Positions 1-12,566 of a stretch of DNA of 64,000 bases are shown here, piece after piece. This DNA is from Lepidodermella squamata. Lineage: Eukaryota; Animalia; Gastrotricha. The notes under the pieces were generated by a model. It did not search any database. It worked only from the letters and a program-made list of their open reading frames with translations, and was not told the DNA's origin. Within the stretch, counting starts at the first letter, position 1. Each line of letters opens with the position of its first letter. Location: contig JBLDXI010000009.1 in NCBI GenBank assembly GCA_047495785.1, positions 1,984,001-2,048,000 on the forward strand, in the 5' to 3' direction. The translations under genes and the position numbers were made by a program.

Positions 1-1261
1 TAGCGCATGATCTGTAGGAGAATGATCTGATGTTTTCAAAACAGACTAGAAAATTGAAACATTTCTGCGTGGAAAATGGTTGGAAGTCTGGCACGCATCT
101 CCTGCAGATAATTCTTTTCCAGACCACGGTTTACTAATGCGTTTGAAATTACGTGTGTATCAAATCAACAATACTGAGATTTCAAGCCCCGGAGCCGTTG
201 AATAGAGACTTTTACGGAACGAGGAATCAAAGATTGCGGGAAAGTCGCAGCTATTTTAACAGACGTCGCCTCCGATAATAATTCAGGCTTGTGGGGAGAG
301 CCATCTGGAGCAAAGTTTTCCTCCCTGAATGCGGTTTTCATCGCTGATCGCACATTCGCCAAGTGCTCTTCTGTAACACAATGATTCTCTGTCATTCCAT
401 GAGTCATCGTGCAACACGCCTAGAGAAACCAGCGTATATTTCAATGACACCTCTCAAAACGAATCTTACGAGGCAAAAGTTGCCATGAAGTATGAAGTCA
501 GTGGTTTGAAGAGTTTTCAAAAAGCTTTTATGCTTCACACCAGACAAGTGTGACTCCAATTGGCTAGACGAGTTACACACTGTGTCACAAAACTACGGAA
601 GAAAATTGAACCATTAGTCCCAAAGCAGAATGTTTACCTTGCAGAAAAGGGATGCCGATAAATCTGAGGGGCTAATTTTCAAGGAATTCTCGAAGCAATA
701 CTCGGAAACTTCTTTCTTAGCGCGTTCTGTATGTTGAAATTTCAAGTTCTCCATATGCCACAGCGAAACAAGATGTCGATCGATTTCCTGTCAGAATCCT
801 TTTAGAACGAATTTAAAACTTTTTAAATTATATGAACATGCCTCTTCGGTAAGGCTTAGGTATGCACAAGCATTGCAACTAAAAAATTCGCTCTTCAGGC
901 CTTGCAAGTATCCTGTGTAAGTCCCCTTATTCGATCGCATGACAAGTGCTGCTCCGGTCAACACTGTAGCTTGAAAAATGTAAGTCAATTCTAAATGCAA
1001 CACATAACTCCACTGCTAGGTACACCTCTTCATTGCGAGTTGTGGGGATGAGAGGGCCCGTCCGAACCGAAGACTAGTGAGTAGTGAGTGTAAAAGATCA
1101 GCATCTGAAATTACAACGACCGGGGCGCCGTAGCCCTCTGCTAGATGATGGCTAAAAAGTTGCCACACGATGACCAAGATTTCAACACGTAGGATTCTAT
1201 TATTTTCGAAATATTCGATTGTCAACAAGCCGAAGGTCTTTGGCGTTGGTAACAGTTGCAA
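1..1261 (-). CDS. Matrin/U1-type C2H2 zinc-finger protein (3' end runs off the window; start uncertain)
   Basis: Spliced minus-strand exons give FSCNAC...EIDRHLVSLWH, LFCKFCDTVCNSSSQLESHLSGVKHK and FCLACC...NHCVTEEH, i.e. CxxC...Hx5H fingers. Introns are short, including a GC-AG intron at 788-841. Confidence 0.6.
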
Positions 1262-1582
1262 GGCAAATGGACACTACTAGACATTTGATAAAATAACAAT
1301 AAATGAGGCAACTTTTTCGGAAACTCGCAAAAGCAGGAAAAAATGTTGGCCGTCTGCAACATATGTTTGTATGGGTTTGGTTAAAGCCATGGGAAGGAAC
1401 CAAAAAACGCCCTGAAGAGACCGGTGCGGAAAGCTCCCGGGAAGGTTAGATTCCGGTCCGCGGGGACCTCCGTCCCCGCGCGCGGCCCGCCAAAAGAATG
1501 GATTTGGTTTTGAACTCTAAACTTTATTTAGCTGTGCTAAAATGTATTCAAAATCATATATAGTTTTAATGCAAACTTTAAC

Positions 1583-1596
1583 GTTACCATAGCAAT
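1583..1596 (+). promoter_or_regulatory. RFX X-box-like motif GTTACCATAGCAAT
   Basis: One mismatch to the GTTNCCATRGNAAC consensus, about 380 nt upstream of the ankyrin gene ATG. Confidence 0.5.
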
Positions 1597-1975
1597 TAAT
1601 GAAGCCACAATGCTTCCTTGTCTGCTACTTGCGTCTGCGTTAACGTAGGTTTCCCGCTACTCACAGTCTCTGAAGACCCTTGAATAGACTGAAAGAGTAA
1701 TCCGATTCATAGTCATGAATAGAGTTATATAGTAATGGGGCGTCATGAATTAAAACGTCTGCTCACTTTTAATCCGTGATATAGGCAACGGCGGCTAGAA
1801 TCGCCAAATGTTAGCAAACAGGAATCTTGCAGAGAATAAATTGTCGTTGTGACCTTTTCTTATTTCTCTTGCATTTCTTCGTCCAGAAATTTATTATTTG
1901 TGTCTTTCCACCATTTCTTGAGATGTTATCAATGGACCAGCTGCAGTGATGGTGTAACTTGGTTAAAGAGCATAA

Positions 1976-4900
1976 ATGGCCATCAAACGCAAAGGTGATG
2001 ATTAGTTTGCGACTAAATTGTGTATAATTTTTGTTGAAATTACGTTAAATTAGATTTCCAAAAGCTGGCCGATGCTGTTAATGAGTTCCAGAAGAAGTTG
2101 ACGGAAGGAACAGAATGTGCCGAGCTGCGAGATGCCCTGAACTTGACTCTATTTTTGATGCAGAAGCACTATCGCTTTTTGCAGTTGAAAATGCGAGATC
2201 AAACCAAACAGAAACCTAATTTTGGCCTTCAGGGTGCGCAACCTGGTCAATTTTTGAATAACATCAAAGTATCAGATGATAACAAGTTGGTTCATATTCG
2301 ATCTTTTATTTCATTGTGCTTCAAGTCCGGCTTGATAATACAGATTCGAGTGGACGTGGGTTTCAGGAGATTCACCGCGTATGATCGAAAGTCTTCCTCT
2401 TGCGAAAAGAGCTCTGTTAGCACCGGTGCCACTCATCGTGCAAGCCGCCAAAGATGGAGACCTAAATATGATACGACAACTTGTTGAAAAAGGTATTCCA
2501 CCGAAAATGCATTCATATAGTATTTCTGTGAGCAACCATCTTCGTAGACCCTAATTGTGTCAACGACGTTGACAATTACGGTCGCACAGCGCTTTTTTAC
2601 TGTATTCATTACGGCCAAATCAATACAATGGCTGTGTTACTACAATGCGGAGCTAACCCGGAAATCGCATGCAATGGTGAGAATTCCAAATCATAACTTG
2701 TTCAATCAGCTTAGCTCATTCCTATCCAGAGGGATCTTTGCCACTTCACATGGCTTGCTGCTACGGCAATGCAGCGGCTGCCGACCTTTTACTTCATAGC
2801 CATCAACCTGATAGTATCAACTACCAGGATTCATATGGAAGGTCCGCTGTCCATTGGGCTATGATCCCCACGACCACCGACTGTCTCCGCGTGAGTTTTT
2901 ATTCCTGCTTCTTTTTGCGACCTTGAACTCGCCATACTCGAGAAACTAGCGGCTAATGCTAGAGTTATAGGTATGCCCTTGGTTATTAGAAATCGGTTAT
3001 CGATTTTGATCAGGATTGTAACGCGCTACGCGAGTGCTCGAAAAGTGTCGTACCCGGGGATTGAACCCGGGCTGCCTTTCTGAGAAGGCACGGCTCTAAC
3101 CTTTGAGCCACCATGGCCGACACACACTCCGTGTTCGCTTACGCGGTTGTAAGGGGACCGGGAGGGAAGATGGGAGGTGGACTCGCTCCCTATAAGGATC
3201 ATAGTTAGGGAACGTTTATTTTCAACATGAGAATAAGTTTATAACTTTAACTCTCTTTCAAATTATTGTATTATATTTCATTATTACAATACGGTACAAT
3301 GAATTAAGAATGTATCCCACCCATTCATTATTTTCAGCCATGCAGACGTTATTTTCTCATTTCCTACTTCGTCGGTTGCATGTTAGCACGCATTTCCTGA
3401 ATAGTTGAAACTCAGGAAATTTCGTTCATAAGAATTCTGAATAATTCCCACGAGGAAATAGGGATACAATGATTTACGCTTGTCGCATCATATTATATAC
3501 GTAATAAAGGCTTTAATAATTAATTTTAGTTGCTGATTCGGTACGGCGCAATTTTAAACCTGCGCGATCGGCAAGGGCTGTCCCCAGCGATGTGGGCTTG
3601 TCGGAAAGACGGTCTGCAACACTTGCAGTTGCTCCTTCAAGTCGGGCTTTCTACCACAGAGTCTGATGGAATTGAACGCGACGAGCAAGGTTACGAGAAT
3701 TGACATGATATTAATTCATTAAAAAGGAAACTGAAATTATAGGGCTGACATGGTTGCATTGGGCAGTGATAGGTGGAACAGAGTGTTTCATCGCTTTGAT
3801 GGATGAAACTACTGTCAAACTTCAAGACAAATGTGGCCGCACTGCATTTCTTTTCGCCGCAGAGAAAGGCTGCGTTGATGCTTTGAAAGTAATGCGCGAG
3901 CGGATACCTCAAGAGCGATTTTTCGATACGGACAATTCCGGAAGAACGGCTTTGCATTTGGCCACCATGAGTGGACAGGGTCGCATCGCAGGATTTTTGT
4001 TAGATTGTGGCCGTGAGTTTCCGATTTAATTACTGTTTCTTTTTTCTAAATAAGACATTTTGAAAATAGTTTCTCCTGAGGCAAGAGACAGCAATAACCA
4101 GACTCCAATCGACATAGCAAAGGCTCGCCAGCTAAATTATTGCTTGAGAGTTTTTGCTGTGCATTTATCTGCGTCATCCCAGCCGAACGCAAAGCCTCTT
4201 GGAAACACTGCTAGTTTTTCACCGGCTTTTCACGGAACTATTGGCGAGCCTTCGCCCAGCCCTGCTGGTAGGCCAGAAAACGCAGCGCCACCGACTCGAC
4301 GTATGCGCCCTCCGTTATCAGAAACTCCTCAGTTCGTTCCTAGACCTCCACCTCATCCGAACCGCCCGATAGGCGAGGGTGGGTTTCCATCTCGACTGAT
4401 TCAGTCTACCGATAGAATGGATGCGTCGCCTATTACTACTCTTCATCCCACTCCCCCTCCACCTGACGCCAGACGTAATGCAAGAGCTGGTCGAAGACGT
4501 GGTTTAGGCCAAACAGCACCGCCAGGAGCATTGAACATGGATAGTGAAATGAATGGGGACCAGAATCAGCGAGAAGAAATGGCTGTCGATGAATCGCAGC
4601 CGGAGCCAGCCCATGTACAGCAGCCAAGCTCTTTACACCAGCGAAGGCTGTCGCAGCAACGCGCGTCGCTGTCTCGTAACCATTCCAATGCGTCTCATAG
4701 TGACCAAAACGTTCCCGGTGATCAGTATAATCACATCGAGCATATGCAGAGTAATGATGGCGACGATGACGTAACGGTTGGAGTTGCTCCATTAACTGCT
4801 GAGACTTTGGCATATCAACAGCGTGCTTTGCATCAACAGTACCTCGATCGTTTGTCTCGCGAAGGAAGCCACGACGATCCGGCAAAGGACAAACGAAAAA

Positions 4901-6809
4901 CGCCATCGCAGCATCACACAACGCCGAAGGAAGAAAATGGGGACGAAGATGTATCAGCGCAGAGCGTTAATGCGGAAAGAGCTGACGATGACACTTCAAG
5001 CTCACATGGTAATTACTTTTATGACATCATAGAGAAAAAATCGACTCGTGATTTGCTCAAATTACAGATAGCACCGCTGATACCGTTGTTTTGTCCCCGA
5101 CCAAACTAAACAATGACCGCCAACGTCACCACCATGGCAATAACCATGGTCATTATCATAAGCAAAACGCAAATCGACCAGCTATTTTAGAGTCCGGGCC
5201 ACGTCAGTTTTTAGCGAGTGCCAAACCCGCAACTAGAGATGACATGAATTACGACGAGTCAGCACCTCCGCCATCAAAGATTCCAATTCTCAGCTCGCCC
5301 CCATTACCTCCACAGAATTACATTCAGCAATCCCCGTATCAGCAGCAGCAGCAGTGGGTGAATGACGGGCCCGACTTCAACCAGCAAATGCAGTACCAAC
5401 AACAGCAACAATATCAACGTTTCATGCAACAGCAACAACAACAGCAGCAACATCAATATCAAATGCAGACGCATCAGCAGCCATTGCCACAAATGAATCC
5501 TCTCAATAATCACCCTCCGTTGCCTCCACCACGAGGCCAGCTACCTCCGGTTCAACCGATTCGAGCCTTGCCAATCCCGCCAAGTATGAATGACGATCTT
5601 AGCGGGCCGGAAAATTCAGGCCGTAATAAACACAGTCCAAGCAAGGCGAGGAAAAACAAAACAAGGGTAAGTATGGGCAAATTTTATTTGCAGTTGTAAA
5701 CAATTTTGGCCTCTTTTACAGCGATCTGGTCAAATGAACCCGCAACCCGTTGTCGCGCCTCTACAACCTAAATACCAGATGCATCAACCGGGCCTGTCGA
5801 CTGGCCAGACGCCACCGCCACCGCAAACCTCGCCTTCATCTTTGCTCCCAGCCAATACCTTCCAGGCCATGCTCGGGCATCAGAATGAATCTCATCCACT
5901 GGACGTGCAGCCCAGGCGTCCTTTATCTCGGCAACCGTCGGGCAATTTTGACGCTAGAGCTAGCGAGAGTGATAGGCTAGAGCACATGGAGTCAGAGGTT
6001 TTGGAGGGATATTCCCACCAGAGTGTTGGGGTTGTTTCTCCAACTTCGCCCCTGATGACCCAGCGAAATCGACCTCCCAGCAGAAGAGGAGCAAGCAATG
6101 AGGAGCGTGAACGTGCAATGTACGCCGCAGCCGTTGTCGAGCCTGCAATAGGCACGCCTACGATTCTTAGTCGACGGAGCCGGCAAAATGCTCCAATTTT
6201 GTCACCGTCGCCAACTGGAAACGCGAGCCCCCAACAACTCCGGCATCAAGTAAGCACCATTTAGGCTATTGGAATATCAATCATAAAACATATTTTCGAT
6301 GTTTTTAATTTTCACAGTTCTATTGAAATTAATTTTGTGTAAGCAAATCGTGTTGCGATAACGGATTTAATGCATATAGTAGTACTAACTGATTTCCTGT
6401 ACCTTCCAATCAATACGCGCACTTGCAAAACGATTTAGCATTTTGCACAATTGTTTCGAATCATAAAAAACTGATTCTAATATTCCGTTGATTTCAGGAA
6501 ACCAACCGAGTGAACTCACCCTCTGTAGCATCACCTTATAATAACCGGTCCAGAAATGTCGGAAAAACATCCGATTCGCTGCCATCAACTATCCTACCAA
6601 AAAATCGATCGTCCCAAGCCATCTCTCCGTCACTAGCTTCGTCTCCGATACCTATTTTAGCGCAAAGAAATAATCGTTCAGCAGCTAATAGTGACAACGA
6701 CGAGTCTATGTCACGTCCCACTAGTGGTGAGAGATCCGCATCACCTGTATCTTTTCCTTCAGCACTTGGCGAAAAGCACAAACGACGAGGCCGCATTGAT
6801 CTTAATTAA
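1976..6809 (+). CDS. Ankyrin-repeat protein (inversin/ANKRD55-like) with a long Pro/Gln-rich disordered C-terminus
   Basis: Spliced exons give repeated ankyrin motifs: DNYGRTALFYC, GSLPLHMACCYGN, DSYGRSAVHWA, DRQGLSPAMWAC, DKCGRTAFLFAA, DNSGRTALHLA. Low-complexity exons span 4070-6809. The start is inferred (MAIKRK...). Confidence 0.75.
3046..3117 (-). pseudogene. tRNA-Glu(CTC)-derived pseudo-tRNA or SINE head inside an intron
   Basis: The minus strand reads GCCATGG-TGGCTCAAAGGTTAGAGC-C-GTGCC-TTCTCAG-AAAGG-CAGC-CCGGGTTCAATCCCCGG-GTACGACA. A-box/D-arm and B-box/T-arm are intact, but the acceptor stem and in-register anticodon stem do not pair. Confidence 0.65.
5339..5480 (+). repeat. CAG/CAA poly-glutamine tract within the ankyrin gene
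   Basis: Encodes QQQQQW...QQQQQYQRFMQQQQQQQQHQ. Confidence 0.8.
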
Positions 6810-8426
6810 TTACTTTCATGGCCAATTATTCCGAAAATTATCGGTGATGTTTAATCTGCTAGAATACATGTGGTGATTATTAGCCGTCATTTGCCAGGAA
6901 ATTCGATATTCTTTTTCTAAGTTTTAGTCGCTTATCTTCGCGTTGTTGTTTGTATTTCAAATAATTTATAGATTTAATTTGTAAAGTGGCATTCAGTTTT
7001 ATTTCATGAAAGTAACCGTTGAGACGAAATCTATGCATGCTAAAATTTTGCGGCCACACTTGAGTGCGCTACGTGGTCGAAGCTATTATTGTCAGAAATC
7101 TGGCCGTTGCGTTGATTTTTAATAAAACTGAATCATCAAGCTTATCATCAAGCTTATTGTCTTGATGCCTTCATCGTTTTATCTTCATCGTTTGATTTAA
7201 AAAACGATGCTGAATTCCTTAGAAACCGCAAATCGTCGTTTAATTGGTGACGCTACCAAGTCATACTGGGATATTTGAGTGTGGACCTCCAACAAAGCTT
7301 TCGAGAGTCGATTTAAATGGATTCCTCCTTTGGTACCAATTGGCATTGCGCAAATTATAGCCCCTGATGCTGAGTATTGCTTAGTATTGGTTCAGCGGAG
7401 AGCCATCATACAATCCAACTCAACCGTGAACAATTAAAGACTAAATCAGCAGAAAAAGAAGTCCTGCAGGTTGAGATGGATGTCGATTGATGAAAGAGCA
7501 GAAGCGACGAGGCGATGTAAAAAAAACGCAAAAGATCCACCATCTATGCGAATTCGGTTAGACCTACGCTCAGCACATGCCTGTCAGCAAGGGCAAAAGA
7601 TAATTTGTCAAGTAAAGATAATTCTTAAAATCCAGACACGCATCAGCTTCGGATCATGCTTCGGACAGCTCCATCATTGATCAGGTTCATATGATTTGAG
7701 ATTTGATTTCATATGAGCGTACATTTGTGTATAGAATAATTGCAAACTCGGCGACTTTGGCGATGCGGTGATATCGCAGCAGTTGACAAGGCCTGACTCA
7801 TACCTGAACAGCTCACACACAGCTCAGCGAAAAAAACTTCTGCGCTTTTTTCGCCTGCGACGAAATTATAGATCAATTTATAGTGATTAACATGTTAATT
7901 TTTAATAAACTGTATATTAATAAATATTTTCTGCGTTTTTTATTAATTGGTAATTATTCAGGTTTTTTGGCCAGAGTTCTTACGTTACGGTACAAAGTTT
8001 TTTGGTCCTTGATTTAGCTATCTGGGTTGACTAAATGTCCCGCTGAACTTCGAATTTACTTGATTTCCTGTTTTGAGTTGTTTGCTATGAGCTCTGAGAA
8101 GTGTGGGCGGTAATTTTCTGATGAATCGCAATGGCGCCAGCCAAGTGGGAGTCTATGCATCTTGGTAATTGGCAATTGTTGCCAGTCGTATCTCGGGCCA
8201 AAAGCCATGTCGCTTCTCCATATTCTCATCTTCAGAGTTATTATGTTTCTTTACTAGAACACCTGGTTTAATTTTTCAATAAGTAAAATTTTTATTGTTT
8301 ACTCTTTACCCTCAATCTTCGAGCTTTCGCAGTTGATTTGATAAATGTCTATAAGATGAAAGCTTCCTTGTTTATACTTGGTATTCTATTTTATTCGGAA
8401 TTTTTAGCTAGGATGACTCCTTCTTT

Positions 8427-10956
8427 ATGCGTTGTAATATGAATGATTGGCCAATGCTTCAACTGATGTTTCACTCAAATCGTCTCTCCGATTTGGATTT
8501 TTACGCCGACTCCGTTATTGTCGTCGATCGTTCAGGTCAATTAAAACCGTCAAAAAGTACCGATGATGCATTTACTGATACTGAGGGGAAATTTTCGTCC
8601 CTGTATGGTTTATGCCTTGATTCAATCGTTCGATCATCTGATATTATGCAAATGGTGTGCGTCGCCGGTAACATTAGATGGAAGTTGGATATTCTTCTAA
8701 AGGTGGTGCATTTATTATTATTATGATTCAAGTTATAATGACAATTAAACATATTCCAGTGGCACAGCGTTTATCGGAAGTTGAAGGTTACTCATTGGAA
8801 GTCAATACCATTCATCAGCTATGATCTGCTTTATAACTTATTGATGTTAAAGTCGAAAAGGTACTTAATTTCTCATATTATCCTTATCCACCTGAATCAA
8901 CTTGTTCATTCCAGAATTGAGTTGCATCGGCTGTTCCAGTTTTTGATGGATGTGCTGAAAGACAATGAATATGATTGCCCTGCTAGACAAGCTATCGTCA
9001 AAGAGCAAATGATGACCTTAGGACACTTATGGGATCATCCATCTACCACTGGATTTTCTACATCGTGTTGTTCTTCATCGAACTCAGCGAATGCTGCTAT
9101 CAGGAATAGCGTTGTATTGTCACATCAAAAATTACCGCTTACACCGACGTGTTATATTTGCCATGAGTTCGCCGCCGAAGTAGAATTACTGTCCAGGCAA
9201 ATTGGCAAGGCAAAAATGTGCGGCGAGGAGATGTCCACCAACGAGATGATGGCAAATCAACAAAGAGTCGTGCGCTATTGCAAAGCCGGTGCTGAGCTAG
9301 CTGGATTCTTCTATGAATCAGGCTGGTTCGACTCTGCAAAGCATATCTTGTCATGCTGTAGTGATCGCTTGATGCCTTTACTATCTTCTCCTCTACACGA
9401 AGAGCTTCGTTTCGATCTTCTTGTGAGGTGAGTTGTAACTGTTATCCGGAAACAACAGTTGCATGGAATGATTTGATTTTTAGATATTCTCAAGCTTGTC
9501 TGTCCAGTTGTGATTACGCGATGGCCGAAATGGCCCTTGCTCAGTGCCAATCACTAATTGAATCTTCACCTGTTGCTGATTGCCTACAGTCCACAAGTAA
9601 AGCTGTATATTGCATTGCTCAGTCTGCTCTGCTGTTCTCCAGGAGTCTGTATAAAGACGCTTACGATTGGGGAAAGATCGCTCTGGGGTTTTTAGAAACA
9701 TGCAAATCACCCGTTGTCGTTGTCGATGTTATTCGATATATGACCAAACTCAGCGTCGTCAAACGTCATTTTAAGCAATCAAACCTTCTAATCAAGTTTC
9801 TTGTGCGATATGCCCGAGAGCACCTTGGCGAAAGCAACCTAAAATATGCGGACGTTCTGCTAGAATATGCATTCCATTTACTGCATATGGATTTTGCGGC
9901 GTCAGCTGTTGAGGTACATAAAGCCGTGTTGGGCATACGCCAAAGGGTGTTCGCTTCAGAAAATAACGTGCTAGTGGCTATGGCACACGAAGATTTGGCT
10001 TACGCGCTCTACGTCCTTGAATACAACACCGGTCGATTCAACCAGGCTTTCTCTCATTCTGTTGTTGGGCTAAATCGGCTGACATACCTACTAGCTCACG
10101 ATCACTTTTTGCTTTCTTCAGCCAAGCGTGTTAAAGGTAAAATTTCCCGGTATTCGAATTTGATAAATTCAGACATACTTTTTCAGCTCTTATTATCGAG
10201 GAAATAGCGTTGGAACATCGACTCATTCGGCGGCAGTTGTTGGAGGAGGCTGAATCGCTTCACTTATCATCACTTGGCATCGCCAAACGTGTTTTCGGGG
10301 AGAATAACCTACAAACTGCGAAGCATTACGGCAATCTCGGGCGGCTATACCAGAGCATGCAAAAGTATAAAGAGGCAGAGGAGATGCACTTGAAAGCCAT
10401 CGAAATCAAAGAGCGACTAATGGGCTCCGAAGATTACGAAGTTGCACTCTCCGTCGGTCACCTGGCCAGTTTATATAATTATGATCTCAAAAGCTACGCC
10501 AAGGCGGAGCAGCTTTATCTACGGGCTATTTCTATCGGCGAAAAGCTATTCGGCCCAGGTTATTCCGGTCTCGAATACGACTACCGAGGCTTGCAAAGGG
10601 TGTATCGCGAACTCGGTGATACCGAAAAATCTGTTGAATACGAGTTGAAACTTTTCGATTGGTATCGGCTTCGGCAGCAACACAATGTGCAAGACTCAAA
10701 TCCGCTGGCAATAGTCAACGCGAACGCGAACGATTCGCTTCATTCATCGGCCAGCAACAATAGCGATATCTGCCCTGACTTGATGTCAGCTATCGATGGG
10801 CCTTTCTTACCTACTGTTTCTGAAATTCTGCGCGAATTTTTTAGACTCGATGCAATTGCAAGCGCCGCGGCGGAAAAACTTGCGAACAGCAGCTCTTCGA
10901 CTTCGCACCCAGAGCCCGAGCCTCGTATTAGAAATTGCGACCCTGTAGCCCCGTAA
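8427..10956 (+). CDS. APPBP2: Amyloid protein-binding protein 2 (PAT1), TPR protein (start codon uncertain, 8427-8466)
   Basis: Contains AHEDLAYALYVLEYNTGRF, LLSSAKRVKALIIEEIA, TAKHYGNLGRLYQSM, EDYEVALSVGHLASLYNYD and GYSGLEYDYRGL, with GT-AG introns between the ORF pieces. Confidence 0.93.
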
Positions 10957-11763
10957 ATCGCTGTCTCCGATTAAACGTCAGACTTGCTTCTTATACCCAG
11001 ATATTCCCGTATTATTATTGCTATTTAAAAAATTTGTTCATGTTACCAGATTTCTTCAAACCCAAGACTCATCTTCTGTTGACATATCGCGGTTGTCCTC
11101 CTTTTTATATAATGATAAATCTATGTGCCGATGATTGCCTACCTGTCCTTTAATGTTAAATGTTGTTTGACCGTTCTTTTAAATTGTTAGCTTGGGTGAA
11201 ATATTATTACAATTCACACAGCATCGTAATCTCCAGCTATACACAAAATCAGTTATTTTAGTTACCTATGTATGAAACGAGCGAAGCCGGGTCTTACGTT
11301 CATAATATCCTCTCTCTATATCTCTCGGATAGTTTTATCTTTGTTTACCTGAAAAAGTGAATGTTGCTTGGTGTGACTCTCTGTGTTACATAGCATTAAT
11401 AATTATTTGTTTGTATTATTTGAGAAAAATCGTCACATAAATATCAGAGTTTATTGCCGCATATTATCCGGCTTCTATATGAAACGACTATCACCAAAAG
11501 TGTCGATTTGCATCGGATAACAATATATTACTACAGGTTACTTTCATTCGTTTGCTGGGCGATGTCGCTGTGAAAGAACGAAATTTTTATTACCTTGACG
11601 TGTGTGCACATTGTTTGGTGTTCTTGCGACACTATTATCATAAACATAACGATTATTGATGTGTTTTCATTTGTAACAGAGTAATGATAAATTCGAATTC
11701 AAATGATATGAGATCCCAGGCTAATGTACAGTTACTGCGCGCTGCATCTATTCGCTAAGTGCT

Positions 11764-12476
11764 ATGAGTCTTCGAAAATGGTGAACAAGAAATAAAGAAA
11801 CGTTTTCGGGCAAGTCAATCTGAATTTTGTTTTGTCGTCAAATTTTAAGTAGGTATTTAAATACTTACATGATTTTTCCGAATCATCCTGAGTCCTATTT
11901 GTACCTAACCATTGGAATCGCGTCGGGATTTTACTTGGGATTTTCCCTTCTACGCCGGACATCTCGGCGTTACACCCGATTTACACTTTACAATTTATTC
12001 CGAAACATGGCTACCGGCGCTGATATCCCTCAAGATCTTCTGAATCTGACAGAAATGGCGAGCGAACAAGAACTGAAAATGGTTTTTGTAGTTCGAACGG
12101 ATCTCAAGGTTAATTTCAATATAATTTACGAGATTTTTTCACAATTAATTCTATATATAAGATGGGTGTTGGTAAAATCGCTGCCCAGTGTGCTCATGCT
12201 GCTATCGCCAACTACGAGATGACTGCCGAGCGTTATCCGCATTATTTGATTGCGTGGCGGGAGCAAGGACAAACTAAAATCACTCTGAAATGCGAATCTG
12301 AGGAGCAGCTTGATTCACTTCAAAACGCGGCGAATGCGGTTGGGCTGGTTGCTGAGGTAATTCATGACGCTGGGCGGACGCAAATTCCTAGCGGCACAAA
12401 AACTGTGCTTGGCATTGGCCCTGCGCCAAAATTTATGGTCGACCAAGTCACTGGTCAACTCAAGTTATTGAATTGA
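11764..12476 (+). CDS. PTRH2: Peptidyl-tRNA hydrolase 2 with N-terminal membrane anchor
   Basis: Contains [32 protein letters not shown] and DAGRTQIPSGTKTVLGIGP. A first micro-exon (MSLRKW) joins in frame through intron 11781-11852. Confidence 0.93.
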
Positions 12477-12566
12477 ATAAGAGATGAATGGAAGAATAAA
12501 TGGATTAACGTGGTCAATGCTCATTTTTTTAATTGCAATAGAGATCTTAAGAATATAACAATCCAA
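12477..12566 (+). promoter_or_regulatory. Putative intercistronic element: AATAAA (12495-12500) and acceptor AG (12540-12541)
   Basis: The 90-nt stop-to-ATG gap holds a poly(A) signal, a T-tract and an AG 25 nt before the RUSF1 ATG. Confidence 0.55.

Noticed and set aside
1455-1490. GC-rich hairpin GCGGGGAC-CTCC-GTCCCCGC in the divergent promoter
   Set aside because: The stem is short and has no supporting context for an ncRNA or transposon end.
3046-3117. Functional tRNA, including tRNA-Sec because of the TCA in the loop
   Set aside because: The acceptor stem does not pair, there is no long variable arm, and the alternative loop has 6 nt.
7200-7680. ORF-like region between the ankyrin gene and APPBP2, including an in-frame TGA
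   Set aside because: Stops occur in all frames and there is no recognisable domain or SECIS-like evidence. It may be a decayed repeat.
8265-8290. GGTTTAATT resembling the start of nematode SL1, as a possible SL RNA gene
   Set aside because: The match is only 9 nt in AT-rich DNA, with no convincing Sm site or stem-loops downstream.
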